In this document: piece after piece, positions 46,834 through 56,773 of the stretch
How the letters are laid out: every line of letters begins with the position of its first letter
How positions within the stretch are numbered: position 1 is the first letter of the stretch
Notes under the pieces: model-generated
Told to the model about the DNA's origin: nothing
Databases searched by the model: none
The model's input: only the letters and a program-made list of their open reading frames with translations
From: an uncultured delta proteobacterium
Lineage (GTDB): Bacteria > Bdellovibrionota > FAC87 > UBA2466
Reading direction: 5' to 3'
NCBI GenBank assembly: GCA_963778115.1
Contig: CAVZSV010000004.1
Span: 1,088,001 to 1,152,000 of the forward strand
DNA length: 64,000 bases
Made by a program: the position numbers and the translations under genes

Positions 46834-47946
46834 CTATTTGGGGCGGGCCTTGAGGATTAGGTTTAGCAGCGAGCCAAATTGTTTAGAGGGATCTTTGATG
46901 CCAGCAGGATTGGAATCGGTATCGGCCCTGTGGACGATAACGAGGTCGTATTTGGGAATCACGACGATATAGTGGCCCCCGAATCCTCTTGCAGAGAAAG
47001 AACCGGACGGAAGTTCGACATGGGGGAAGTGTTTACCGTTGTGCTCAACCCACCATAAATAACCATAGGCCCCCCGATCGCCTGCCATCGAAATCGGTCG
47101 CAAAGAATCGGCAACCCAATTAGCAGGGATGATCTGTTTTCCCCGCCATCCCCCCTTATTTAGGTAAAGCAGCCCAAATCGAGCCAGATCCACGGAACTC
47201 ATTCTAAAATGGTAGGCTGGGTGTTTTGATTCCGGCACATATCGGTATTCACACTCTTCCACGCGAAAACTTCGCATCTGCAGGGGGATAGCAATTTCAT
47301 CGCGAAAAGCTTCGAAAATATCTTTCCCAGTCTCCTGTCGAAAGATAGTTCCAAGCACATTGAAATCCCAGTTATTGTAGTACCAATAAGTGTTAGGAGC
47401 GTGGCTTGATCTCTCAGGTCTACGATTCCTCATCGAACCGGTCTCGGAGCTCGCCACATGGTAAACGCCGGAGCGTGCGGTGAGTAAGTCCCACACCCGG
47501 GCCGTCTTCTCTGGTAAAGAGAGAGAGGGAGATAAATCATCCACTCCGAGATCTTCAAGGGTTCGCTCCAGTGGGATCTCTCCTTGAGCCACGTGAATGC
47601 CATAAAGTGCTGAGAGAAAACTCTTTCTGATGGAGTGCACCCGATATCGGGTCTGAATGTTGCCCCACGAATAGATAATCCTCCCCCGTTCGACGATTAG
47701 AAAGTTTGCGGAGCCTATCGATTCCGCAAATCGCGCGGCTTTCGCTAAATTCTCGGAGGACCACCCGGCCGTAATGGGATCAACTCTATCCCATCGTTCC
47801 CCCGGAAAAGTGGATTTCACATTAGCGCCGCAACCAGATACGGAATTATCCGTGGGTGAATTTCCGGGGAGGGCAAAGGCAACAGGCCCGCGAAGCACGA
47901 GAAAAGCCCACAAATACAGAGCCCGTCTTACATACCTTTTTCTCAT
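46834..47946 (-). CDS. Serine hydrolase (beta-lactamase family)
   Basis: SIRK (SxxK), YNN, DLARFGLLYL. Confidence 0.9.
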   Translation of the reverse strand: MRKRYVRRALYLWAFLVLRGPVAFALPGNSPTDNSVSGCGANVKSTFPGERWDRVDPITAGWSSENLAKAARFAESIGSANFLIVERGRIIYSWGNIQTRYRVHSIRKSFLSALYGIHVAQGEIPLERTLEDLGVDDLSPSLSLPEKTARVWDLLTARSGVYHVASSETGSMRNRRPERSSHAPNTYWYYNNWDFNVLGTIFRQETGKDIFEAFRDEIAIPLQMRSFRVEECEYRYVPESKHPAYHFRMSSVDLARFGLLYLNKGGWRGKQIIPANWVADSLRPISMAGDRGAYGYLWWVEHNGKHFPHVELPSGSFSARGFGGHYIVVIPKYDLVIVHRADTDSNPAGIKDPSKQFGSLLNLILKARPK

Positions 47947-48408
47947 CTAAAGATCCAAGGCCATGAACACACTACTAGGGTCAATCTTGTAGTCACCGAA
48001 TGGCTCGCAATACTTGAATCCATTGGATTCATATAGTCGTCTCGCCGGCAAAAATCCCTTTTGCGAGCCGGTTTCCAAACTAAGGCGATTCCATTTGCGT
48101 TTGCGAGCCTCCTCGATCAAGTGAAAGAGCATTCGTTTCCCTAATCCCTCTCCACGCCGACTTTGAACAGTATGCATCGCCTTAATTTCACCATGCTCGG
48201 GAGTAATCATTTTCAAAGCTCCACAGCCAATCAGCGCACCAGAATCAAATAGACTCCAAACGGTTATGCTCGAAGCTCGTAATCCCTCAATGAGAAGGGC
48301 ATGTGAGCTCTCCGGTGCAGAGTGCTCGAGCATCAAAGCCTTGTGAGAATTTACCACTTCGATTAAGGCCGGAGAGCTAAGATCTGCGAGTTCAATGGAG
48401 ATAGCCAT
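47947..48408 (-). CDS. GNAT N-acetyltransferase (YedL-like)
   Basis: PESSHAL, GEIKAMHT, RLSLETGS. Confidence 0.9.
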   Translation of the reverse strand: MAISIELADLSSPALIEVVNSHKALMLEHSAPESSHALLIEGLRASSITVWSLFDSGALIGCGALKMITPEHGEIKAMHTVQSRRGEGLGKRMLFHLIEEARKRKWNRLSLETGSQKGFLPARRLYESNGFKYCEPFGDYKIDPSSVFMALDL

Positions 48409-48416
48409 GCTGATTC

Positions 48417-49448
48417 CTACTCAAACGTTTCCCATTGGTCCATGGTTTTGTCTATCCATGCCAAACACAAAGGGATAAACGCATTCCCGCCTTCACGATT
48501 CTCCAGGAACTCACAGTGGTTTACCATATCGACGTACATGGATATCTTCTTCCAATGCTCCGGTAACGTCCCCCCGTTTTCTCGAAACCCCCGAATAAAG
48601 GAGTTTTCGAAGGAAGCAGACAGGTGGCCAATGTCTCGGAGCATATTTCCCATATCCATCACACTGGATCCAGAGTGTGCCCACTCCCAATCGATCAGCC
48701 CGGTTATTTTCCAACAGCCTTGATCCTTTGCCATAAGAACATTACTGCGATTGAAATCTCCGTGAACGAGACTACTGTTAGCGGCAATTTCCTGTATGAA
48801 GTGTTGGTTATCAAATATAAATCGTTTTACTCGCTCCGAACGATCGCTACCCAATCTAGAGGAGACTTTCGTACTCTCTAAACTTTTTAAGATGAAAGCG
48901 GAATAACCGTCGATACTATCATTACCCCAGGTCCAAGGTATTACTTCCAGGCCAGACGCAAAACGACCCGCCCTGGGGAACTTTACTTTTGACACCTCTG
49001 CAAGGATTCGGCCTGCAAGTTCAGGCAATTCATCGGGATTGATAGGCTGAGCCCTCAGGGCTTCCCCCATGGTAGTTCCCCTGACAAATTTGATAATCGC
49101 GTAGGGGTACGCTACTCGTAGAAGGCTTGAATCCACATAGATAAATTCCGGCATCGGCAGAAAGCCATGGACATGTTGATAGAGATCACGTTCGAGATTA
49201 ACCGCATTCTTGTCTCTAACGTAGATACGAAGGACAAATTCATCACTAAACCCATCGACGGAAAATCGGTAATTCGTATTACATAAACCATCAGAGAGAA
49301 GCTTAGTCCCCTCGATCCTACGAGCCCCGAAAATGGGGCTGATGTATTGCTCGAAGGCTTGTGAATCTAAAACTACGAGGGGAAACCTTCGTGGCTCGCT
49401 AGCTTTTGTTGGAACGTTCCTCACGGATACCCCCGTCAACTCTTCCAA
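48417..49448 (-). CDS. Aminoglycoside phosphotransferase-family kinase
   Basis: GLCNTNY, LVHGDFNRSNVL, LIDWE. Confidence 0.85.
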   Translation of the reverse strand: MEELTGVSVRNVPTKASEPRRFPLVVLDSQAFEQYISPIFGARRIEGTKLLSDGLCNTNYRFSVDGFSDEFVLRIYVRDKNAVNLERDLYQHVHGFLPMPEFIYVDSSLLRVAYPYAIIKFVRGTTMGEALRAQPINPDELPELAGRILAEVSKVKFPRAGRFASGLEVIPWTWGNDSIDGYSAFILKSLESTKVSSRLGSDRSERVKRFIFDNQHFIQEIAANSSLVHGDFNRSNVLMAKDQGCWKITGLIDWEWAHSGSSVMDMGNMLRDIGHLSASFENSFIRGFRENGGTLPEHWKKISMYVDMVNHCEFLENREGGNAFIPLCLAWIDKTMDQWETFE

Positions 49449-49924
49449 ATTCGATCGAGATCTTTCGCATAGAAAAGAATAGCTCGCTTGAAGTGTGAAA
49501 TCTCAATGTCGCTAGTGGTTTCAGCGAGAACGGTCAGTAAGCTACCGACAGCTTCTTTAGCATGTCCATTATTGTAAAGCGCCATCGCGAGGAAGACTCG
49601 AAGCGAGTTCTTGCTCGGAAATTGAGCTACTGCCTTCTCTAAAATATTTTGAGCTCCCTCATACCGGCCCAATCCTCGAAGGGTACTCCCAAGTCCCAGA
49701 TAAGCGCCGGCCAGATCGTCTCCTTTCAATCCGCACTGAATGGCTCGCTCATAGAAACTAGCGGCTGCTTGCTCAAACCCCATGGCATCGTGGGTCCAAG
49801 CACACTGATAAAGAAAATCGGGACTAGAGGGATCCTCGGAGACCAACTGGAGGAGGATTTCTCTGGAAGTTTCTTTATCGCCCTCTGTCCTAAGGCGAAT
49901 AGCCTCTTTAAGTCGTTCGTTCAT
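49436..49924 (-). CDS. Tetratricopeptide repeat protein
   Basis: AWTHDAMG, YLGLGSTLR, FLAMALYN. Confidence 0.85.
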   Translation of the reverse strand: MNERLKEAIRLRTEGDKETSREILLQLVSEDPSSPDFLYQCAWTHDAMGFEQAAASFYERAIQCGLKGDDLAGAYLGLGSTLRGLGRYEGAQNILEKAVAQFPSKNSLRVFLAMALYNNGHAKEAVGSLLTVLAETTSDIEISHFKRAILFYAKDLDRIWKS

Positions 49925-50007
49925 GGTCCCGTTCTAGCACGGAGATTTGACTCGGAAAACCTATCCGCACTATCCTCGAACAACCGAGGCAGATCAAGGA
50001 GATAGCT

Positions 50008-50930
50008 ATGAGTGGCAACGATCGAGAGCTTAAGCCTCATTCAGCCGAATTCTTTGGAGAATATAGAGACTTTTGGTGGAATGGAGACTTTCTGGAGTTG
50101 ATGGCGAAGCGGCTTTCGCTGGGAAGCGCTAGAAACATTTAGACGTGGGGTGCGGAGTGGGACACTGGGGTCAGCTGCTGGCCCCCTTATTTTCGGAAAA
50201 TGCCCGAGTGACAGGGGTCGACCGAGAAAAGGAGTGGATCGGTAAAGCCGCCGAAAGAGCCGAAGCGATGGGGCTGGCAAGTCGGTACCACTACCAAAAA
50301 GGCGATGCGACAGCTTTGCCCTTCGCTGATAACACTTTCGATTTGGTGACGTGCCAAACCGTTCTCATTCATTTGAAGGAGCCCAAAATGGGCCTACGCG
50401 AAATGTTGCGGGTGCTCAAACCACAAGGCCTTCTGCTCCTCGCCGAACCAAATAATTTCAGTAATCGCGCTATAGGAAGTAGTCTTACCGAACAACTCTC
50501 CATCGATGCGGTGATGGATCGTTTACGATTTGGACTGCTGATAGAGCGAGGGAAACAGGCTTTGGGATTGGGTTTTAATTCAGTAGGCGATTTGATCCCC
50601 GGCTATGTGGCGCAATTGGGTGGGGAAAATATTCGAGTCTACCTTTCCGACAAGGCAGTACCTTTTTTTCCGCCCTATTCCAGCAAGGAACAACGGATCA
50701 ATATCGAGCAAATTCGAGATTGGGCGAAGCGAAAGTTCATCGGCTGGGATCGCGACGAAGTGCTTAGTTACTTTATCGCGGGAGGGGGGCAGAAAAAGGA
50801 ATTCGATCGCTACTACGACCAAATGCTCAAAGACGGTGAGGAAGCGATCCAAGCGATGGATAAGGGTACTTATCATACCGGCGGCGGTGCCCTCACCTAC
50901 TTGATCGCGGCACAAAAGCCGAAAGGGTAA
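50008..50930 (+). pseudogene. Class I SAM-dependent methyltransferase with a frameshift at ~50138-50140
   Basis: ATG 50008 frame reads MSGNDRELKPHSAEFFGEYRDFWWN...ARNI*; LDVGCGVG continues in another frame. Confidence 0.8.
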
Positions 50931-50950
50931 AATGATATGATTAGTTCCTA

Positions 50951-51559
50951 TTGCGAAAGGAAACCATGAGGTCAATCTACTTTCTTATATTCTTGGCGGC
51001 ACTAGGGGTCTCAGAAGCACCCGCGGTAACTTTGGGTTCCTTTGGTTGTTCGGTCTACTCGGAGGGAAGAGGCAGGGATCCTAGATATGGAGCCAAAGGA
51101 TCCATTAGTAGCTGCGGACAATGCTACGCCGGAGCGACAGATCAACCCCTAGATCCGAATACGCAGAAAGCAACCACTTCGGTAATTTGCGGAGGTAACA
51201 GCCAGATATCGACTGTAGAACTCGCTCGAACCAATTGTCAGAATGGATGCCAGACTAAATGTGCTGAGGTTTGCGCGAAAAGCAATACCGTCTGTCCCCA
51301 GGTTCCCATGGGGCTTTCCGGAACGGATGACCGCAGTTTGAGAAATGTTGTTGCTAGCGAAGCCAGGAAAATTTGTGCCAAGAGCCGCATTACCACACCT
51401 TCAGGAACCCAATCTTGTGACTTACGCCCGACACCAAGCGGAAAAGGAATCGTCTGTGTTAACGTGCACGGCGGTTATCAGTGCAGCGGGACATTCCAGT
51501 GTCACGCGGACGGAGAAACCCCTGCTGGAGGACCGTCCACGGCAAGTCACGCGAAGTAA
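50951..51559 (+). CDS. Secreted Cys-rich hypothetical protein
   Basis: Signal peptide from MRSIYFL; many Cys. Confidence 0.65.
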   Translation: MRKETMRSIYFLIFLAALGVSEAPAVTLGSFGCSVYSEGRGRDPRYGAKGSISSCGQCYAGATDQPLDPNTQKATTSVICGGNSQISTVELARTNCQNGCQTKCAEVCAKSNTVCPQVPMGLSGTDDRSLRNVVASEARKICAKSRITTPSGTQSCDLRPTPSGKGIVCVNVHGGYQCSGTFQCHADGETPAGGPSTASHAK

Positions 51560-51568
51560 GATCTTTCT

Positions 51569-52291
51569 TTAAGGGGAATGCTCCCAAACCCCACCTAGGG
51601 GGAGAAAAGCTCCATTGAGATAGGCGGGACTATCTTTAATAAGCCATCGAGCGACTTGAACTATCTCCTCGGGGTTACCCAATCTTCCCGCCGGAATCTG
51701 CTTTTCTAAACTGGCTTTTTCTTCATCGGAAAACTTTCCAAAATTAATATAGCCAGGACAAATGGCGTTCACCCGAACTCCAAAAGGAGCTAGCGCGGTG
51801 GCAAAGGATTTTGTCATCACCGCAAGTCCGGCTTTGGCAGCCGCATACGGTGCGGCACCAGTCCAACTACGAATATTTTCTACTCCGGCATAGCAAAAGT
51901 TTAGAATCTGCCCTTTTCGTTCTATCAAATGGTCTTTAGCAAAATGAGACATAGTAAAAGCCACGTTTAGATTTAGCTCCACCGTCGAACGCCATTGAAG
52001 GGGGGTTACCGAAAGAATATCTACTCCCGAGAATGGCCCAATCAAATTGATCAAGATATCTATTCCCCCAAATCTGCTTACCGTTTTCTCGGTAAGCGCC
52101 TTAGCCTGGGAGATATCGGTGAGATCGGCCTGTAGCGAGGCAAACTTATGACTTTCGAACTGAGAAAATAAATCAGAACGGCTGTGGTACTGGCCAAAGA
52201 CGGCACACCCTTCCGTTAAGAGGGCTTTAGTTAATCCAAGGCCTATATCTGAATTAGCTCCCGTCATCAAAACTACTTTGTTCTTCATCAT
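51569..52291 (-). CDS. SDR family oxidoreductase
   Basis: TGANSDIG, YAAAK, VRVNAICPG. Confidence 0.9.
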   Translation of the reverse strand: MMKNKVVLMTGANSDIGLGLTKALLTEGCAVFGQYHSRSDLFSQFESHKFASLQADLTDISQAKALTEKTVSRFGGIDILINLIGPFSGVDILSVTPLQWRSTVELNLNVAFTMSHFAKDHLIERKGQILNFCYAGVENIRSWTGAAPYAAAKAGLAVMTKSFATALAPFGVRVNAICPGYINFGKFSDEEKASLEKQIPAGRLGNPEEIVQVARWLIKDSPAYLNGAFLPLGGVWEHSP

Positions 52292-52618
52292 TCCTACTTT
52301 GCCACTAGCGTGCTTGTCCCCGTTTCCGGATCACACGAATACCACTTCGCTCCCCTTATATTCGGAAACTCTTTCACTACCTCTATCACAAGGCAACCCC
52401 GATAAAATAGTTCTATGCATTGTACCCGCTTCTTTCCGAAACATTGATTCGCCCCTATTGTCGGAAAGGGCCATTTTTTGTAGCCGATTTTCGCTGACTC
52501 GAGGGGGCAGGACACGGAACCATCCCTTTAGGTCCTAGGCAGCCGCTGGATTCCGCTAACGGTGGGACACAAAAGGTGAGCAGAAAGGAAGTGAGTAGAA
52601 GATTTAGATCCATTCTTC

Positions 52619-54217
52619 CTAGTTAAGAGGGTGGGATCTTTCATGAGCCATATTCCAAAGCAGCCATCGGCTGTCATTGGGAAGTTCGGTCACAGGGTGT
52701 TGTGCGAAGTAGGCATCGTCATCACGGTGCTCCCAGGTCTCTTTCACGATATCGTAGGTAAGAGGCGAGCTATTATGGATACGAGAATCTTTGTGCCCTT
52801 CGATCCAATAGTTTTGAATATAGCTAAAGTTACTGGCTAAGCAGTAAAGGAGATAAAGAAAGACCGTATATCTTCCGGCCCAGGCGACTTCAGAGTGGCG
52901 GGACAGCAAAATAGCGATGGGAATCACCACTAAGATCGAAAACAGAGAACCATAATAGTATCCAGAGATAGGTTGTCCCGGCATGTGACGAGAATGGATC
53001 ACCGTTTGAAAAATAACGAGCGCCACTAATGCACCGATCAAAAGCAGTACTGATGTCCGCGATTCCCGAGACAGCTTAGCCCAGGAGTATCCAAAAAATA
53101 GTAAGATCCCCGCCGTCAGGAATTCAAATCCAGAATCGGAAATAAGTAAGAGATGCGCTTCCAATAGCGAGTTGGCGATCTTTCCGAAAGGATAGTCAAA
53201 ACTGAGCGTTAGATTTTGATTGTCGGTTATCGCAAATTTCCAGAATGTGAAATCCTCGTAGCCAAGCCGGTGCACCAAAGGAGGAATGAGATAGGTCACG
53301 GATACCAGGAAAAGAACACCAGAAACCGCGAATGCGCTCCACAAGAACCAATACTTTCCAAAACGGCGAACCAAGGAGGGAAAGAGGATCGGCATGGCCA
53401 AGTAAGCAAAAAATGCCGTCGGATCGGAAAAAAGGCCCACAAAAATAAAGGTAGTAAATCCAAAGAAAGCCGCCGCTTGGGTTTTCTTGGAAAACTCGAC
53501 CTCCTCCTGCTCCTTTAATTTGGTGCCTATAAAGAGCAGCGACAAAATAAAAAGCATCGTCAGAGGTTTGGCCGGATGAAAGCGAAAGGTAACACTCGAA
53601 AGGTATCCCGTGGTGAGACAAAATAAAGCCGTCGCCATCAGAGCAGTGGCTTTATCTTGAGTGAAACTCTTGGTGACTCGATACATCAGCAAGGGAGCCC
53701 CGACCGCAAAGAGAAGCCAAGTTAAGCAGAATGTCGGGTGCGGAGGCACGAAGGAAAACAGCCACAAGCGAAATTTCGTATCGAGCACGGTAAAGAGATA
53801 GCTCAAGAAACGCGGCTGCGGATCTTGATCCATCTTTTTCCAGTCAAAGCAAAGGGTCAGATCTTTCCAATGAAAGCCAGCCCCATTTCGAGCGGCGACG
53901 TCCAGCATTCGGCCGGGCAGCTCGGGATGTACCCAGCTCACGCTATAATCGAGCACTTGCCAGAAAAAACCGTAAAACAGAACCGCCGCAAGCACAAAGC
54001 CCAAGAAAAGAGTGGTCTGCTTGTAGCTCAGTTCCGTAGAAAGGAAGGAGCCAATCCGTGGGAAGAAGCGCTTTGAGTTACTCTCGCCGTTTGAGGAGGG
54101 CTTCAGCCCCACCGAGGCTTGCCATTTCGTAGATCGCAAAACCCGCCCCATCGCACTCTCCTCATTAACGACTTTGGCAGAAGGAAATCTAGGAAGTAGG
54201 AAGATGATACGCAACAC
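52619..54217 (-). CDS. Polytopic membrane protein (possible GT-C fold)
   Basis: ~10 hydrophobic segments; start uncertain. Confidence 0.6.
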   Translation of the reverse strand: MLRIIFLLPRFPSAKVVNEESAMGRVLRSTKWQASVGLKPSSNGESNSKRFFPRIGSFLSTELSYKQTTLFLGFVLAAVLFYGFFWQVLDYSVSWVHPELPGRMLDVAARNGAGFHWKDLTLCFDWKKMDQDPQPRFLSYLFTVLDTKFRLWLFSFVPPHPTFCLTWLLFAVGAPLLMYRVTKSFTQDKATALMATALFCLTTGYLSSVTFRFHPAKPLTMLFILSLLFIGTKLKEQEEVEFSKKTQAAAFFGFTTFIFVGLFSDPTAFFAYLAMPILFPSLVRRFGKYWFLWSAFAVSGVLFLVSVTYLIPPLVHRLGYEDFTFWKFAITDNQNLTLSFDYPFGKIANSLLEAHLLLISDSGFEFLTAGILLFFGYSWAKLSRESRTSVLLLIGALVALVIFQTVIHSRHMPGQPISGYYYGSLFSILVVIPIAILLSRHSEVAWAGRYTVFLYLLYCLASNFSYIQNYWIEGHKDSRIHNSSPLTYDIVKETWEHRDDDAYFAQHPVTELPNDSRWLLWNMAHERSHPLN

Positions 54218-54344
54218 CCGATGGAATCGACGCTAGAATAACGCGCCGTCCTCCGGCCTCTGGAACTGCTGCAAAAGAGGCTCTTTTATTATCCTTCGGC
54301 TGGGAATTCATGTCCAACCCCTTTTGTCTGAAAGAGTGGGATTC

Positions 54345-54716
54345 TTAACTTGGATTATCCTTCTTATCGAAATGGCCGATATCACGTTTGTCTTCATCGG
54401 TGGAAGAGCTGTAGGTGTATTTCTGGACAAGGCCACTCTTATCAAAGGTGATGTCTAGATCTTTGGTATTAGAGTCTCCGAAGACTCGGTACTTATAGTA
54501 ACCGTAAGTCCACTTTTCATTGCCGTTGTCGTAGCCCACACGGAAGGGCTGGCCATAAGTGCTCAAGATTTCGTTTCGCGTTGTCTTTCCAATGATAATG
54601 CTCTGCACGCCTTTAAATGAAAATTGATTTCCTACCGTAGCACAAGCGGAGAATGTCATTAGGGATACTACTGAAACAAACAGAACCGGAAAGAAAAACC
54701 ATTTTTGTCGACTCAT
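54345..54716 (-). CDS. BamE/SmpA-like lipoprotein
   Basis: FSAC lipobox; IGKTTRNEILSTYGQP, WTYGY, LDITFD. Confidence 0.75.
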   Translation of the reverse strand: MSRQKWFFFPVLFVSVVSLMTFSACATVGNQFSFKGVQSIIIGKTTRNEILSTYGQPFRVGYDNGNEKWTYGYYKYRVFGDSNTKDLDITFDKSGLVQKYTYSSSTDEDKRDIGHFDKKDNPS

Positions 54717-54807
54717 CTATTTTCTCCTTAAGAACCACCCTAGCGTAAAGAATAGCCAGAGTCATTAAAGAGCAGATGAGACAAGAATTAGTTTTCCCTA
54801 ATCCAGG

Positions 54808-54942
54808 TCAACGATCGTGATAGAGAAAAGGGGACTCGTGGTATTCGTCGTTGGAGTCAGAGTGAGAACGTTTGTGATCTACACTCGAACAGCCCACACA
54901 AAGCAAAGCTACAAATCCAGCGAGTAATAATATTGCCTTCAT
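54808..54942 (-). CDS. 44-aa mini-lipoprotein (not in ORF track)
   Basis: MKAILLLAGFVALLCVGCSSVDHKRSHSDSNDEYHESPFLYHDR*; GAGG SD. Confidence 0.65.
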   Translation of the reverse strand: MKAILLLAGFVALLCVGCSSVDHKRSHSDSNDEYHESPFLYHDR

Positions 54943-54952
54943 AACCTCTTCC

Positions 54953-55096
54953 TTACTCTCCGGGCCGCGCTAACAAATCATCACGATGCTCGGCCTGTCT
55001 TGCGGCCAAAGCTTGTTTATCGTCGTTCGAACTCATGGTCGAGCACGCAGCGGTTCCCAGAAGTACTAACAAAAGCAGTGCGGTAAATGTCTTCAT
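54953..55096 (-). CDS. 47-aa mini-lipoprotein (not in ORF track)
   Basis: MKTFTALLLLVLLGTAACSTMSSNDDKQALAARQAEHRDDLLARPGE*; GAGG SD. Confidence 0.65.
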   Translation of the reverse strand: MKTFTALLLLVLLGTAACSTMSSNDDKQALAARQAEHRDDLLARPGE

Positions 55097-55551
55097 ACGG
55101 ACCTCTTTCTGTGCATAACCTAGTCTCCTTTGATTACAGGAACGTGAACTAAAGATTACATTTCGTCCCCTTCCTTGCCGCGTTAAGTCAAAGAAATTCT
55201 TTGGCTTCTCGGCTGCGCGGCATTTCGCTGGAGGATTAACGGTAGACTCGACGAAGTCATCTTTTGGCAGGGGGATGCCCTGCCAAGACGGTATGCTTAA
55301 TTGGAATGAAAAAAGTCGCTGATGCGAGAATTGATTGATTCGGAAAGAAGACCTAAAACATGGCTAACGCCAGAACCAAAGAGTTTAGTATTCATCGCCA
55401 AAATAACAACGATGAACCCTACGATCAAAATAGTCGCGGTACTCCCTTTACCCATTCTGTACTCCTAGTAATAGAGGCCCAGTCTGTAGAGTATCGTAAA
55501 AGAGTTGAGAAATCGTGGACTAGCTATCTCATTGTTAAAGCTTAGATATTA

Positions 55552-56097
55552 TCAAAAGCGATGAGAATATTCGGGGCCACTATGGCTTCGGCGAGACCAA
55601 AGCTTCAAGTTCCCCTGATCGTTAAACACTAAGGTGTCGGATTCAATTTCGGGAACTCTAAAGCTGAGACTCTGATCATAATGAATAAAGGCCGTATCGC
55701 CGTCCTGTTCCAAGCTCGTCCCGCAGACGTGATTTGAAGCCAAAAGTCTCAAATCGTGGGCGGCTGCCGTCGCCGCTATTTTTTCTTTTTCGGAATCGAT
55801 GTTGGGATAGGTCACCATGCCATCCGAATTGGCATCGGGGTGCCCCGGCTCATAGATCATTTTAAAATCAGAATGGGGAACGAGTCTAAAATCGGTTTGG
55901 CTTCGCACAATTTCTATTCGCTTATAGGGCCCTCCGTCAGGAGTGCGACAAACATCGGAGTTTTCGATATTAAAAGTGTGAATCGCTACTCCGAGTGAAG
56001 CGACATACAGATCAAGACAGTCGAGAGCTTTGGCGACATTACCAAAACTAAATACCAAGACGCAAAGAGTTAGGCTCGGGACTAATCGGCTTGTCAT
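55552..56097 (-). CDS. FlgC-like protein with Sec signal peptide and extra C-terminal domain
   Basis: NIEN...TPDGGPYKR...IYEPGHPDANSDGMVTYPNID; AGGAGG SD. Confidence 0.65.
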   Translation of the reverse strand: MTSRLVPSLTLCVLVFSFGNVAKALDCLDLYVASLGVAIHTFNIENSDVCRTPDGGPYKRIEIVRSQTDFRLVPHSDFKMIYEPGHPDANSDGMVTYPNIDSEKEKIAATAAAHDLRLLASNHVCGTSLEQDGDTAFIHYDQSLSFRVPEIESDTLVFNDQGNLKLWSRRSHSGPEYSHRF

Positions 56098-56146
56098 TAG
56101 CCACCTCCTATTTTTTTGGGGGGAGATTTATTAAGTGTACCCTTTT

Positions 56147-56176
56147 TCGTCCGTTGAGGTAGCTAGATCGTCCGTT
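56147..56176 (+). promoter_or_regulatory. LytTR-type direct repeat
   Basis: TCGTCCGTT at 56147 and 56168 (21-bp period). Confidence 0.65.
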
Positions 56177-56273
56177 CGGGAAGCGTCCCTTCTTCCTAAA
56201 CACAAAGTGCCGTAACTATAGTCATAGAAAACAAACAACGCCGTTGGGTACGGCATAAAAAAGGGGTAATCGA

Positions 56274-56747
56274 ATGAAATTCAAAACGAGCAAATTATTG
56301 GGACTTGGTATTGTCATGGTAGTCGTCTGCTCGCAGGCACGGGCCGCCATCACCGATGGAGCGGGCACTTGGACGGGAGCGGGAGCTTCTTTTAACGCGA
56401 AGAATCAACAGATCGCAACCTACGTTGTGGAACTTACCAATACTGCGATCGATGATCACACCATTCAGACCAAAGGGACGATAACCTTCACCGACGGAAC
56501 TTCCCAAGACTTCGAGCAGACGATGTCGGGTGACGACCAAGGTTTTTCCTTAGCATCGGATGCGGGAAAAGGAGGCGGTTACTGCTTCGGGGAAGGGCTT
56601 TGCGAAAGCTATGTCGGAACGGGAAGCCACGGATTTGCCGTGACCGAAGTCATTGACGGAGCGGACCAAATGAGGATTCTGAGCACCGAACTAGATAACG
56701 GAACGGTCGTAGAATTTTCCCGTGAAAAACTGACCCGCAAACGGTAA
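56274..56747 (+). CDS. Secreted beta-rich hypothetical protein
   Basis: Signal peptide; GTWTGAG (lipocalin-like N-terminus). Confidence 0.7.
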   Translation: MKFKTSKLLGLGIVMVVVCSQARAAITDGAGTWTGAGASFNAKNQQIATYVVELTNTAIDDHTIQTKGTITFTDGTSQDFEQTMSGDDQGFSLASDAGKGGGYCFGEGLCESYVGTGSHGFAVTEVIDGADQMRILSTELDNGTVVEFSREKLTRKR

Positions 56748-56773
56748 AGATCATTAGAGTCCCCACGGCGCCT

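Noticed and set aside
48417..49448. Antibiotic resistance call for the phosphotransferase, GNAT and serine hydrolase genes
   Set aside because: Only superfamily-level motifs are visible; substrates cannot be inferred
52294..52611. Small Cys-containing ORF(s) upstream of the SDR
   Set aside because: Signal-like start and Cys-rich tail are in different frames; too weak to call
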